This document shows, in pieces, positions 36,992 to 45,498 of a DNA stretch of 64,000 bases. Source of the stretch: Candidatus Kapaibacterium sp. (GTDB lineage: Bacteria; Bacteroidota; Ignavibacteria; Kapaibacteriales; NICIL-2); the NCBI GenBank assembly GCA_025055755.1, contig JANWWF010000004.1, positions 810 to 64,809 of the forward strand, in the 5' to 3' direction. Position numbers and translations under genes: made by a program. Position 1 is the stretch's first letter, and each line of letters begins with the position of its first letter. The notes under the pieces are model-generated. The model was not told the origin of the DNA and did not search any database. It was given only the letters and a program-made list of their open reading frames with translations.

Positions 36992-39627
36992 TGGATGCGC
37001 ATGCCGATACTGAAGTAACCCAGCAGCGGTCCAAGCGTGAGCTCATGCAGAGCGCCTCGAAAATAGAACGCCCGCCCCAGTGAAAAGCGTGCTGGTCCAA
37101 TCGGTGTGTCAAATGCCAGCATAAGGCCAACACCATGCTTGAGATTGTCGAACTTGACTGCTTGAACAATCTGCCACACCGCCCCAATGTCATAGCGCAG
37201 CGATAGATACGTCGGGAACACAAGCTCTATTGGGGAGCGCAGACGGTATTCAAGTTGTCCCAGTGCAAGCTGTCGCCCTCGCTCCTCCTCTTCTCGCATG
37301 CCGTAAAACAAGTCCTCGCCTCCGAGATTGAACGCCTCGGGAAGCGGCAATGTGTTTGCCGCAATACCAAATCGCACCGACCATCGCACCGCATGGTGGC
37401 GTGCCAGCGTGTGCGTCATGCGGAGCATTGCATCGGTTTTGAAAAACTGCAGCCATCCTGGCGCATCAAGGATGGTGCGTTCGATCGCCAGTCGCAAGTA
37501 GCTTCCTCGACTGGGAAAGTCAGCCCGATCTTCGTTATCAAGCGTTGTGCTCCAGCCCAGTGCAAGCAACGGTGCAAATCTGCGCGATTGAACGTAATCC
37601 CCCAGACGGAAACCGCGTTGTCCCTCGTAGCGGAGAGTGACCACGACCTTGCCCAGTGTCTCGACATTGCTGCCAACCGATGCTCGAATGCCCAGATGCT
37701 GCTCGATTCGTTCCCCTATGCGCACTCGTTCGTAGCGAGCTGGAGGCAGATTGTCAATCAAACGGTACAGGTAGATATTCCGTGAGTCCCAGTAGCCCTC
37801 GATGCTTGCGGTCCAGTAGCTATCCAAAATGCGGGGGACATCCAGGCGGAGCATTCCAATGCTGTTGCGCCCTCCTCCCCCAATTCGGGCAGTAGCCCGT
37901 ATGCCGCTGGAGAGGAGATTTAAGTCTGCCAGTTCCGCAGTGGGCTGGACGTTTCGCTCGTTGTCAATGCGCCCACCGATGCGAAGAAGCTGACTTCCTC
38001 GCTCACGAACCTGCACCCGCAGTGCAACTGCATCGCTTTGGTCGTCGATATACCGTACCGATAGGAGCACATGACTGAACAGGTCTGTCGCGAGCAAACG
38101 CTCCCAACTTTCTAGAAGTGCCGCCGTACGGATTGGCTCTCCAATCGGTGTCCGCAGCTCTCGCTGGACGACAAGATCAGTAGCACTGCAGTTGCCCACC
38201 AATTCAACTGCTCGAAGCCGACCGCTATCGAGCACGACATGGAGCAGATGCTGGATGCTGTCGAAGGTTATCCGCACTCGTGCTGCAGCTAAGCCCTCCT
38301 GGCGAAGGCGGCGTTGCAAGGCATGTGTCAGTGAATCAGCAAGCGCCCGCGAATACGAGCAACCCACAAGTGCATTGAGCGAGGCTGCCCACTGTTCACT
38401 TGGCCCAGCGACTGCCGCAATTTTTCGCTCCGGCGATGGCATAATCTCCGCTATTTCCCCGCTGGAGTCCAAGCGGCAAATCACAGCACCATAGCGTTCC
38501 ACCATCTCGACCAGTGCTGCGGTAGAGCCATACTCGCCGAAAAGAAGATCGCTTGGTGTAGGAAGCGCTGCAACAGAAGTTGCCATCCTCCTCGTAAGGG
38601 AACTTCCCAGATGCCCTATTGCTCGTTGCTGCTGTCGTTCCAGCTCGGCTTGCAGTCTTGTCACAACAGCGCGGCATGCTATTTCCCCTTGAGCAACAAG
38701 CCACTCGAAACGCGAAAAATCCAAGGTGGCGTGGTCTTCCAGCGAAGGTGTAATCGTTAGCCATGCGGCACGTGTTGCGGCTGCGTTGAGCCGTTGCATC
38801 ATCAACGTTACCACCTGATCAGCAACATTCCAGGGCTTGTCGAGGGCTGAGCGGGGCTGCAGCGGTGCAGTGGTATTGACTGCGACCACAAAGTCGGGAT
38901 GAAACTCTGCGTACGCAACCTCGACAGGAATGTTCGCCAGCAAGCCGCCATCAACTAGCACGGCTGAATCCTGGCGAATTGGCGTATAGCGCAAGGGGAA
39001 TGTGCTGCTGGCTCGCACTGCTGTGACCAAGTCCCCCTGGCGAAGCACGACTGTTTCCCCTCGCACCAAGTCTGTTGCGACGGCACGGAAGGGAATACGG
39101 AGCCGGTCAAATGAGCTATTGCATGCTATCGGAGCACGCCAGAGTAGCTCCGCTAAGAGCAATTCCAACCGCTGCCCAGAACTGATTGCCTCTGGAATAA
39201 GAGGCTGAAAGTCCTGCATTCGTACGGAGAACACTGTTCGGTCGTACTCCACCTTTTGGTCGAGAAACAATTCCTCCCGCGATCGTTCATCGCCTATACG
39301 GAAGAGGTCTTGCCATTCCACTCGGCGGACAATCGAGTCAATTTCATCAGCTGAGTATCCTGCACACCACAGTGCACCAATCACTGCACCAATGCTTGTT
39401 CCCACAACCGCAGCAGGATAGAGCCGTTCTTGCTCGAGCACGCGCAGCACTCCAATCTGCGCAAGTCCACGTGCACCGCCGCCACTGAGGACAAGCACCC
39501 ATCGAGGACGAGGGAGCGAGTAATCGTCGAGCACAATGGTTCTCCCTCCATCGCCCCTGGCGACGGTTGACCATGCGGCAACCGCTGCAGCAATAGTCCA
39601 GGCTATTGTGTTAGCGACGTGCTTCAT
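36988..39627 (-). CDS. Patatin-like phospholipase fused to POTRA and Omp85 beta-barrel (PlpD/type Vd-like)
   Basis: LSGGGARG, GTSIG, VDGG; POTRA-like middle; C-terminal beta-strands DTPIGPARFSLG...YFSIG. Confidence 0.9.
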   Translation of the reverse strand: MKHVANTIAWTIAAAVAAWSTVARGDGGRTIVLDDYSLPRPRWVLVLSGGGARGLAQIGVLRVLEQERLYPAAVVGTSIGAVIGALWCAGYSADEIDSIVRRVEWQDLFRIGDERSREELFLDQKVEYDRTVFSVRMQDFQPLIPEAISSGQRLELLLAELLWRAPIACNSSFDRLRIPFRAVATDLVRGETVVLRQGDLVTAVRASSTFPLRYTPIRQDSAVLVDGGLLANIPVEVAYAEFHPDFVVAVNTTAPLQPRSALDKPWNVADQVVTLMMQRLNAAATRAAWLTITPSLEDHATLDFSRFEWLVAQGEIACRAVVTRLQAELERQQQRAIGHLGSSLTRRMATSVAALPTPSDLLFGEYGSTAALVEMVERYGAVICRLDSSGEIAEIMPSPERKIAAVAGPSEQWAASLNALVGCSYSRALADSLTHALQRRLRQEGLAAARVRITFDSIQHLLHVVLDSGRLRAVELVGNCSATDLVVQRELRTPIGEPIRTAALLESWERLLATDLFSHVLLSVRYIDDQSDAVALRVQVRERGSQLLRIGGRIDNERNVQPTAELADLNLLSSGIRATARIGGGGRNSIGMLRLDVPRILDSYWTASIEGYWDSRNIYLYRLIDNLPPARYERVRIGERIEQHLGIRASVGSNVETLGKVVVTLRYEGQRGFRLGDYVQSRRFAPLLALGWSTTLDNEDRADFPSRGSYLRLAIERTILDAPGWLQFFKTDAMLRMTHTLARHHAVRWSVRFGIAANTLPLPEAFNLGGEDLFYGMREEEERGRQLALGQLEYRLRSPIELVFPTYLSLRYDIGAVWQIVQAVKFDNLKHGVGLMLAFDTPIGPARFSLGRAFYFRGALHELTLGPLLGYFSIGMRIQ

Positions 39628-40501
39628 ATGCCTCCCGCATACCCAGGAGCAACGGCAGCATTGCCTCTTCGTACGCACGACGGCTGCGAAGCGCCAGCGC
39701 AACAAGCTCCTCTGAGCCTTCGTGGGTAAAGACATCCCGCCCTGGTGGCGCCTCAACTGCGGCAATGATCTGTTGGGCAACCTCTGCGGCGCTCATCATG
39801 CGCTGTAAAGGAGCCCGCGGAATGTTCCGCTGCTGCGCAATAGCACGAGACCGCACGATCCCTTCGGCAAAAAGGTCGCCAATTGGCGCGCCATCGGTCA
39901 CCTGTGCCCATTCGGTTTGAACGCCGGAGGGACACACCACTGTTGCTTCGACTCCCGTTTCTACCAGCTCAGTGCGCAATGCCGCGATAAATCCAACGAC
40001 TGCATGCTTAGCGGCAACGTATGCAGCGTTGTAGGGATAGGCAATCTTTCCCACAATGCTCGAGACTGCAATAATGTGCCCACGCCGTTGCGCTTTCATC
40101 ACCGGGAGAGCAGGACGCACAAGGTACCACAGCTGATACACGTTGAGTGCGAACATTGCCTGGAGCACGTCAGTAGTAGTGTCTTCCACACTGGCGCAGT
40201 GCCCCCGCCCCGCATTGAGAATGAGCACATCGAGCCGATTGTCATATGCCGCAAGAGTCTGCGTGATGAACTGTTCTGCCTCTTTTTCGACGGATACATC
40301 CACAACCATATCGAGCACGGCTGCAGCTCCGCGCTGGCGCGCTTGTGCTGCTACTTCTGCCAGTCGGTCGCGCCGCCGTGCGCAGAGTGCCAGTCGCACT
40401 CCCCGCGCTCCAAGCTGTTCGGCAAGTGCAGCTCCAATCCCAGACGATGCACCTGTAATAGCAACAACTGTTTCTGCGGTTAGGGGAATACCGGCCTGCA
40501 T
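39611..40501 (-). CDS. SDR family oxidoreductase
   Basis: ITGASSGIG, LNAG, VSS, YVAAK. Confidence 0.93.
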   Translation of the reverse strand: MQAGIPLTAETVVAITGASSGIGAALAEQLGARGVRLALCARRRDRLAEVAAQARQRGAAAVLDMVVDVSVEKEAEQFITQTLAAYDNRLDVLILNAGRGHCASVEDTTTDVLQAMFALNVYQLWYLVRPALPVMKAQRRGHIIAVSSIVGKIAYPYNAAYVAAKHAVVGFIAALRTELVETGVEATVVCPSGVQTEWAQVTDGAPIGDLFAEGIVRSRAIAQQRNIPRAPLQRMMSAAEVAQQIIAAVEAPPGRDVFTHEGSEELVALALRSRRAYEEAMLPLLLGMREAYEARR

Positions 40502-40558
40502 GGTAGAAAAGCCCAACGTTACACTTTCACCGTTTTGCGCCCGCTGGAAAAGACAGCG

Positions 40559-40843
40559 TTAGGGAGCAATGCGAAAATCCTTCCATTGACCCTGTGGCGT
40601 GCTCCAGGTAACGCTTACGTCCTCGACATAAGCACGCGGCGGACCTTGCCAGCAGCGTGCGACAAGTTGTTCAACTGCTCCACGAGGTCCTTCTACTTCT
40701 GCAATAACCGTCTGCCCATCGGATGCGTTTCGCACATAACCAACCAAGCCCAGTTCTATTGCAACGCGATAGACAAACATCCGGTAGCCAACACCTTGCA
40801 CGCGTCCTCGCACGACGATGTATGCTCGTGTATGCTCATCCAT
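40559..40843 (-). CDS. acyP: Acylphosphatase
   Basis: GRVQGVGYR, GYVRN, GPPRAYV. Confidence 0.95.
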   Translation of the reverse strand: MDEHTRAYIVVRGRVQGVGYRMFVYRVAIELGLVGYVRNASDGQTVIAEVEGPRGAVEQLVARCWQGPPRAYVEDVSVTWSTPQGQWKDFRIAP

Positions 40844-40844
40844 G

Positions 40845-42206
40845 TTACTTGGCTACGATGACAACTTCAGTACGACGGTTGAGTGCACGACCAAATTCCG
40901 TAGTGTTATCGGCGATAGGGCGCGTGTCGCCATAGCCAATTGTCTGAATACGTGATGGATCAATGCCCTTTTTTCTTGTCAAATAGTCCTTAACACTTTC
41001 GGCTCGTGCTTGGGAGAGACGTTGATTGAACCACTTGGCGCCGCGGTTGTCAGTGTGTCCCTCGACTCGGATCACAACACGAGGATTATTCTTCATGAAT
41101 TGCGCCAGGACTTCTAACTCTGGCACATGATCGGGAAGCGTTGCACTGGCAGTTTCGAACAAAAGATTTTCGATGATAAGCTTTCGCCCAAGTTCGACAA
41201 CAGGAATTGTCTTGCGTACCAATTCCTGGCGACGTTGGTTGAGAATAGCAACATTGATGGAGTCCGGAATTGCGGGCAAGTCTGTGCGATAGGTGATCGA
41301 GAAAAGGTTCGTCAATTGGGTCGAGTAGGCGTTCAGGATACGGGCAAATGGCTGCCCGATGTCGAACATTGTACCGCGGGTTGCTTTTGCAATAGTGTCG
41401 TATTGGGTGAGTACAAGGGGGGCTATACAGAAGGTCCGCACGTTTGCCCTTTGGAGCATTTCGATAGCTGACTGCGTTGTGAGGTCAGTTCGCCCATTGC
41501 CGCGCTCTCCTGCCTGATGGTAGGGCGCATCGGTAATCAAAATAGCAACGCGATTGGCAGAGGGGCGATAGTCTAGCTTAGTCGCTTGCCGGAGTGCTTC
41601 GAGCGCATTTTCCTTTTCATCGAATCCTCCCCATGCTCGTGCTCGCGACACCCAGGTGATAAACTCGTTGACATCGCTGGTGAAGGGGTAAACTTTCTCG
41701 ATCACATCGGAAAACAGCACTAACGCAAGGCGGTAGTCAATGCCCCGGGCAAGCAAACTGCGAACAAACTGCGCAATATTATCGCGTACAGCATTGATGT
41801 GGACTTGCATAGTTGCTGTCACATCGAGCACTACCGCGATATCAACCGGTACCCGTTCTTTGACGCTCAACTTAGTCACCGAGAGGACCTGCTTTTCAAC
41901 GCCGTTTTCAAGCACCACAACGTCGCTGGCACGAAGCGTATCGAGCGGGTCACCATTTAGATCGACTGCTTCGACTATGAGGCTAATCTGGGGATAATAC
42001 TTGATGTCAACATTCTGGATGGTCAAGTGGAAACGGTCACTCCGGGGACGGAGCTGTGTTTGGAGTAACACCTGCTGGGGCTCGAGGGAATCTTCCTCTA
42101 CTGGTAAGGATTCTGCCCCTATTACTGGGCTTAGCTGGAAAAGGACATACAGGATAATCCAGCCGATAGAGGACCACATCGGGCGAACTGCCCAAGCATT
42201 GCTCAT
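40845..42206 (-). CDS. Exported VWA + OmpA-like peptidoglycan-binding domain protein
   Basis: N-terminal hydrophobic signal; VWA DIAVVLDVTATM, GGFDEKENALEAL, LITDAPYH; OmpA C-terminal VEGHTDNRG..NQRLSQARA..NRRTE. Confidence 0.9.
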   Translation of the reverse strand: MSNAWAVRPMWSSIGWIILYVLFQLSPVIGAESLPVEEDSLEPQQVLLQTQLRPRSDRFHLTIQNVDIKYYPQISLIVEAVDLNGDPLDTLRASDVVVLENGVEKQVLSVTKLSVKERVPVDIAVVLDVTATMQVHINAVRDNIAQFVRSLLARGIDYRLALVLFSDVIEKVYPFTSDVNEFITWVSRARAWGGFDEKENALEALRQATKLDYRPSANRVAILITDAPYHQAGERGNGRTDLTTQSAIEMLQRANVRTFCIAPLVLTQYDTIAKATRGTMFDIGQPFARILNAYSTQLTNLFSITYRTDLPAIPDSINVAILNQRRQELVRKTIPVVELGRKLIIENLLFETASATLPDHVPELEVLAQFMKNNPRVVIRVEGHTDNRGAKWFNQRLSQARAESVKDYLTRKKGIDPSRIQTIGYGDTRPIADNTTEFGRALNRRTEVVIVAK

Positions 42207-42250
42207 CGGACGACAGCGGTGGACGCGTTCTGAGTGCCTGTGTGCGGTTA

Positions 42251-42258
42251 CAAAACTA
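42251..42258 (-). promoter_or_regulatory. -7 promoter element (TAGTTTTG) for the VWA-OmpA/acyP/SDR/patatin/sixA run
   Basis: Exact TAnnTTTG about 45 bp upstream of the start. Confidence 0.5.
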
Positions 42259-42306
42259 CGGTGCTTTTCCTAACCAGAGAGGCGCGGGACACGCCTTTTT
42301 GCGGAA

Positions 42307-43713
42307 CTACCGTATCGTTAATCGCAGCACTGGCGAAATCATGAAAAAGTTTCTGATCTCCCACGGACGTGGCTCTGCTCGCAGGGGAGTGGAATACTTG
42401 CCCTCTAAGTAGAGCCACTCTCCAACCAGCGGCACATATGCCCGTGCAAAAAGCATTTGGTTAGAATACTGCAAGGCGATCCCAAAGGGAAAGGTTGCTT
42501 GATTGCGGTATTCTATCCGCGCATACAGCCAATCTGCTGCAGTAGTTGGATGGTAGAGCTGCAATCCGGGAATATTCCGAACGAACGTAGTATCCCCCGT
42601 CGCGGGATTACGACGATAAGCCCATTCTTGAACCTCAACGTAGCAAATTCCCAAATCAAAGCGGAAGAAGTTTTCCGGATGCTTCGGATCAAGCCACCAG
42701 TTGTAGAATACTGCTGCATGTCCTGTGGTTCGGAGCACAGGAATAACTGTTGTGGCATCTACACCAGCTGTTCTCCGCAGCTCTGCTTGGCGTTGGAGCG
42801 AGGGAGCATATCCTGCCCACGTGTTCTTCTCTGCACGACCTGTGGTATCCGGACCAACAATAGGGAACTCCACATTGACAGTCACCCCCAGCTGAGGATG
42901 GAACGGGGCATTGATGTCAAGCCCAAGCGATGCTTTGCCGGGGTTTGCATTGAGCTGGCGCTCTGGCAAAAAGCTCAGTAGCCGGTTCGCTAATCCTCCG
43001 CGCAACCGATACACTCCTCCCAGGCGCAAGTTGATGAGGTAGGGGATTGGCTTGTTCGATGCAGGATCGAGATTTTCGTAGAGTGGACGCTGGAGAATCA
43101 CCCGCGATTCCCCTGCAGACCAGAAATGGTAGCCGATGTTATCAGTCCCAAGAATAGAGCGAAGCCAAAAACCGGTCTCCCCAATCTTGAGCGATTGCTC
43201 GAAAGCGGAAATAGCAATGGAATGGGTTACATCGGTTGGCATCATAAAACTGGTGATCACCCGATACTGCCGTTCCGTTGGCGGCATTTCAGGAGGAATC
43301 TCCCGGTAGCAGTAGGGACGCTGTGGATCGCTGAGTGTACCGGCAAGTTTGCGCATGTAGGCATCTACTTCCGATGCCACAAAATACTCCTCCCCGCATT
43401 CGACCAGGAGAATGGTATAGTAGTCGTTGGGATCGCTTTTAGGCGCAGCAGTAATAACGATGTTCTGCATGTCCAGTTTTTCCTTATCGCGCCCATAAAG
43501 GATAAACGTTTGCCGAATTTGCAACTGTAGGTTTGGCTCGCACACACGCCATCGGGGAAAATAGCGCACGATTTCTGGGTCAATAGTCTTGAGTGCCTGC
43601 ATGATGGAGTCCCGCTCAGGGTCCTGCGCATACATCAGGAGTGGGTGGAGTGCTACCAGCACTACACCAGCAATCGCCCGAAGAAATGTTACCGGAGGGA
43701 GAATCGCCTTCAT
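42307..43713 (-). CDS. Hypothetical outer-membrane beta-barrel-like protein (paralog B)
   Basis: Start MKAILPP; signal peptide ending YA-Q; alternating amphipathic strands in the C-terminal half; shares motifs with 43728-45458. Confidence 0.75.
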   Translation of the reverse strand: MKAILPPVTFLRAIAGVVLVALHPLLMYAQDPERDSIMQALKTIDPEIVRYFPRWRVCEPNLQLQIRQTFILYGRDKEKLDMQNIVITAAPKSDPNDYYTILLVECGEEYFVASEVDAYMRKLAGTLSDPQRPYCYREIPPEMPPTERQYRVITSFMMPTDVTHSIAISAFEQSLKIGETGFWLRSILGTDNIGYHFWSAGESRVILQRPLYENLDPASNKPIPYLINLRLGGVYRLRGGLANRLLSFLPERQLNANPGKASLGLDINAPFHPQLGVTVNVEFPIVGPDTTGRAEKNTWAGYAPSLQRQAELRRTAGVDATTVIPVLRTTGHAAVFYNWWLDPKHPENFFRFDLGICYVEVQEWAYRRNPATGDTTFVRNIPGLQLYHPTTAADWLYARIEYRNQATFPFGIALQYSNQMLFARAYVPLVGEWLYLEGKYSTPLRAEPRPWEIRNFFMISPVLRLTIR

Positions 43714-43727
43714 TGCTGCACTACTGC

Positions 43728-45458
43728 TTAAAAGTTGTAAATCACACGGAGCGTGGGGATAAAGACACTTGCTACTTCCCACTCATGGGGATCCCGTAGG
43801 ATGGGCGCAAAGTACTGCCCATCGACGCGCAATCCTATTTGCTGGCTAATCGGGATAAGAAGCCATGCTTGGGCGTAGATGGCATCATCAAAGTACTGCA
43901 AACCGAAGCCATAAGGAGTTGTCACTCGCTGTGCCATAAAATCAATTCGTGCGGAGACACCTCCAATAAAGCGCGTATCTGTGCGGAACCAGCGGTTGAT
44001 GACAAATGCAGAATCGCGCCGAATAATGCCGCGTTGGTCAATTTCCTGATAGCGTCCGCTGCCGTTGTTTTCTTCCCAAATCTCGCGCGAGTAGAGCGCA
44101 CCACCTATTCGGAAGCGGAAGAAGTTTCCGCTGTCAATCGCAATCGCAAAAGAGTAGTGTACCTGAGCAGCAAAGCGAATCAGGTAATCCAGCGCACGCG
44201 AGTAACTTTGATTGTTGACAAGAGTATCAGTTCCGCGCAATTGGCGGGTAATTGTTGTCACTGTTTCGAGTTGACGCTGATGATCAGACTGCCGGGCTTC
44301 CCCAAAAACATATGACGCAGCAACGTTGAACACACCCGTATTCGCATTGGTAATCTTCAGTGGAAAATCGAACACACCATTGATGCCCCACCCTGCATAC
44401 GTCATCGTCCGCTGTACTCCGAAGGTTCTTGCCACCGACGCCCAGCCGCTGGTAGGGAGAATTACTCCCAGCCGATTTGACCCCCATAACGCATTGAGCG
44501 TGACCCGATCGCTGAAAAATGAGGGATAATTGATTGTTTCTAATCCATACCGAAGCTCAACCCCATACTTTGGCAACGTCCGATTGTACACAAATCCTTC
44601 CGTTGCCGCACTGGGGTCACTGGGAGTATAGTCGCGATAACTAATCAGATCCGGGCTTACCATAAGCTCGCGGCTGCGCATATAGTCCATCGCCTGCCCA
44701 TCGGTGGTACGGACGTATGCGGTGACATCGTCTTCCCTGACCTGGAGACTGACGCCGTAGAGCTTCGGAATAAACTGCTCGTCACCAAGCCCTTGTGCTT
44801 CCGCTGTCACATTGATTCCCTCTGCCTCGCTTTGCTGAATGACAAAGTTGTACAGATACTCGTACAGAGTCTTTGCTGGGGAGCCTGCAGGAGCCGCACT
44901 CTGTCGTAGTTGGGTGTACGTGTAGATATCACGGGGCGAAGCGAGCACATTTGCCAGTACCCGACTTTCGCTATTGGAGGTAAGGAGAGCAATGACCTTG
45001 AAGTCTCTACCCGCAATATACCGGGTTGTAACAACATAGGCACGCTTGAACGTATTGCATTCCCACTGCTTGCGTGCGATTGCATACTTGGCGTAATCAA
45101 TGCATTCCCCTCGGAGGACGCGTTTGATTTCCTCGTCATCTTGCAATGCGCTGAGGTCTGCAGCGCATCCCAGTTCAGCGACTTTGTCGTCAATTTGAGT
45201 TTGACGCGCAGGACTGCACGCTTTTGCCGACTCTGTGATGACCGGTTCTGGATTAAGGAGCTGGGTGACCCCCTTCATCGTTTCCGCATCCAGCTGGAAT
45301 ATCGAGATATTGCCGTAGCGGTAATTTTTGAACTTGCTCATAATGGAGCGCAACTGTGCATCGCTTGTCTGGGAGAAGACACTATTCCTCCCCAGACCTC
45401 CCACAAGAAGTATAGCAAGCGCATGCACGCACACCCTGAAAAGGCAGGTATGTTTCAT
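43728..45458 (-). CDS. Hypothetical outer-membrane beta-barrel-like protein (paralog A)
   Basis: Start MKHTCLF after GGAGG; signal peptide; Cys-containing N-terminal domain; amphipathic strands; terminal LRVIYNF beta-signal-like motif. Confidence 0.78.
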   Translation of the reverse strand: MKHTCLFRVCVHALAILLVGGLGRNSVFSQTSDAQLRSIMSKFKNYRYGNISIFQLDAETMKGVTQLLNPEPVITESAKACSPARQTQIDDKVAELGCAADLSALQDDEEIKRVLRGECIDYAKYAIARKQWECNTFKRAYVVTTRYIAGRDFKVIALLTSNSESRVLANVLASPRDIYTYTQLRQSAAPAGSPAKTLYEYLYNFVIQQSEAEGINVTAEAQGLGDEQFIPKLYGVSLQVREDDVTAYVRTTDGQAMDYMRSRELMVSPDLISYRDYTPSDPSAATEGFVYNRTLPKYGVELRYGLETINYPSFFSDRVTLNALWGSNRLGVILPTSGWASVARTFGVQRTMTYAGWGINGVFDFPLKITNANTGVFNVAASYVFGEARQSDHQRQLETVTTITRQLRGTDTLVNNQSYSRALDYLIRFAAQVHYSFAIAIDSGNFFRFRIGGALYSREIWEENNGSGRYQEIDQRGIIRRDSAFVINRWFRTDTRFIGGVSARIDFMAQRVTTPYGFGLQYFDDAIYAQAWLLIPISQQIGLRVDGQYFAPILRDPHEWEVASVFIPTLRVIYNF

Positions 45459-45498
45459 GCGTTCGTTCCTCCAGAATTGATCATCCGTTCGTTGCACA

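Noticed and set aside
42279-42300. Terminator after the barrel genes
   Set aside because: A 7-bp stem is present, but the T-run is on the non-coding strand; weak on the coding strand
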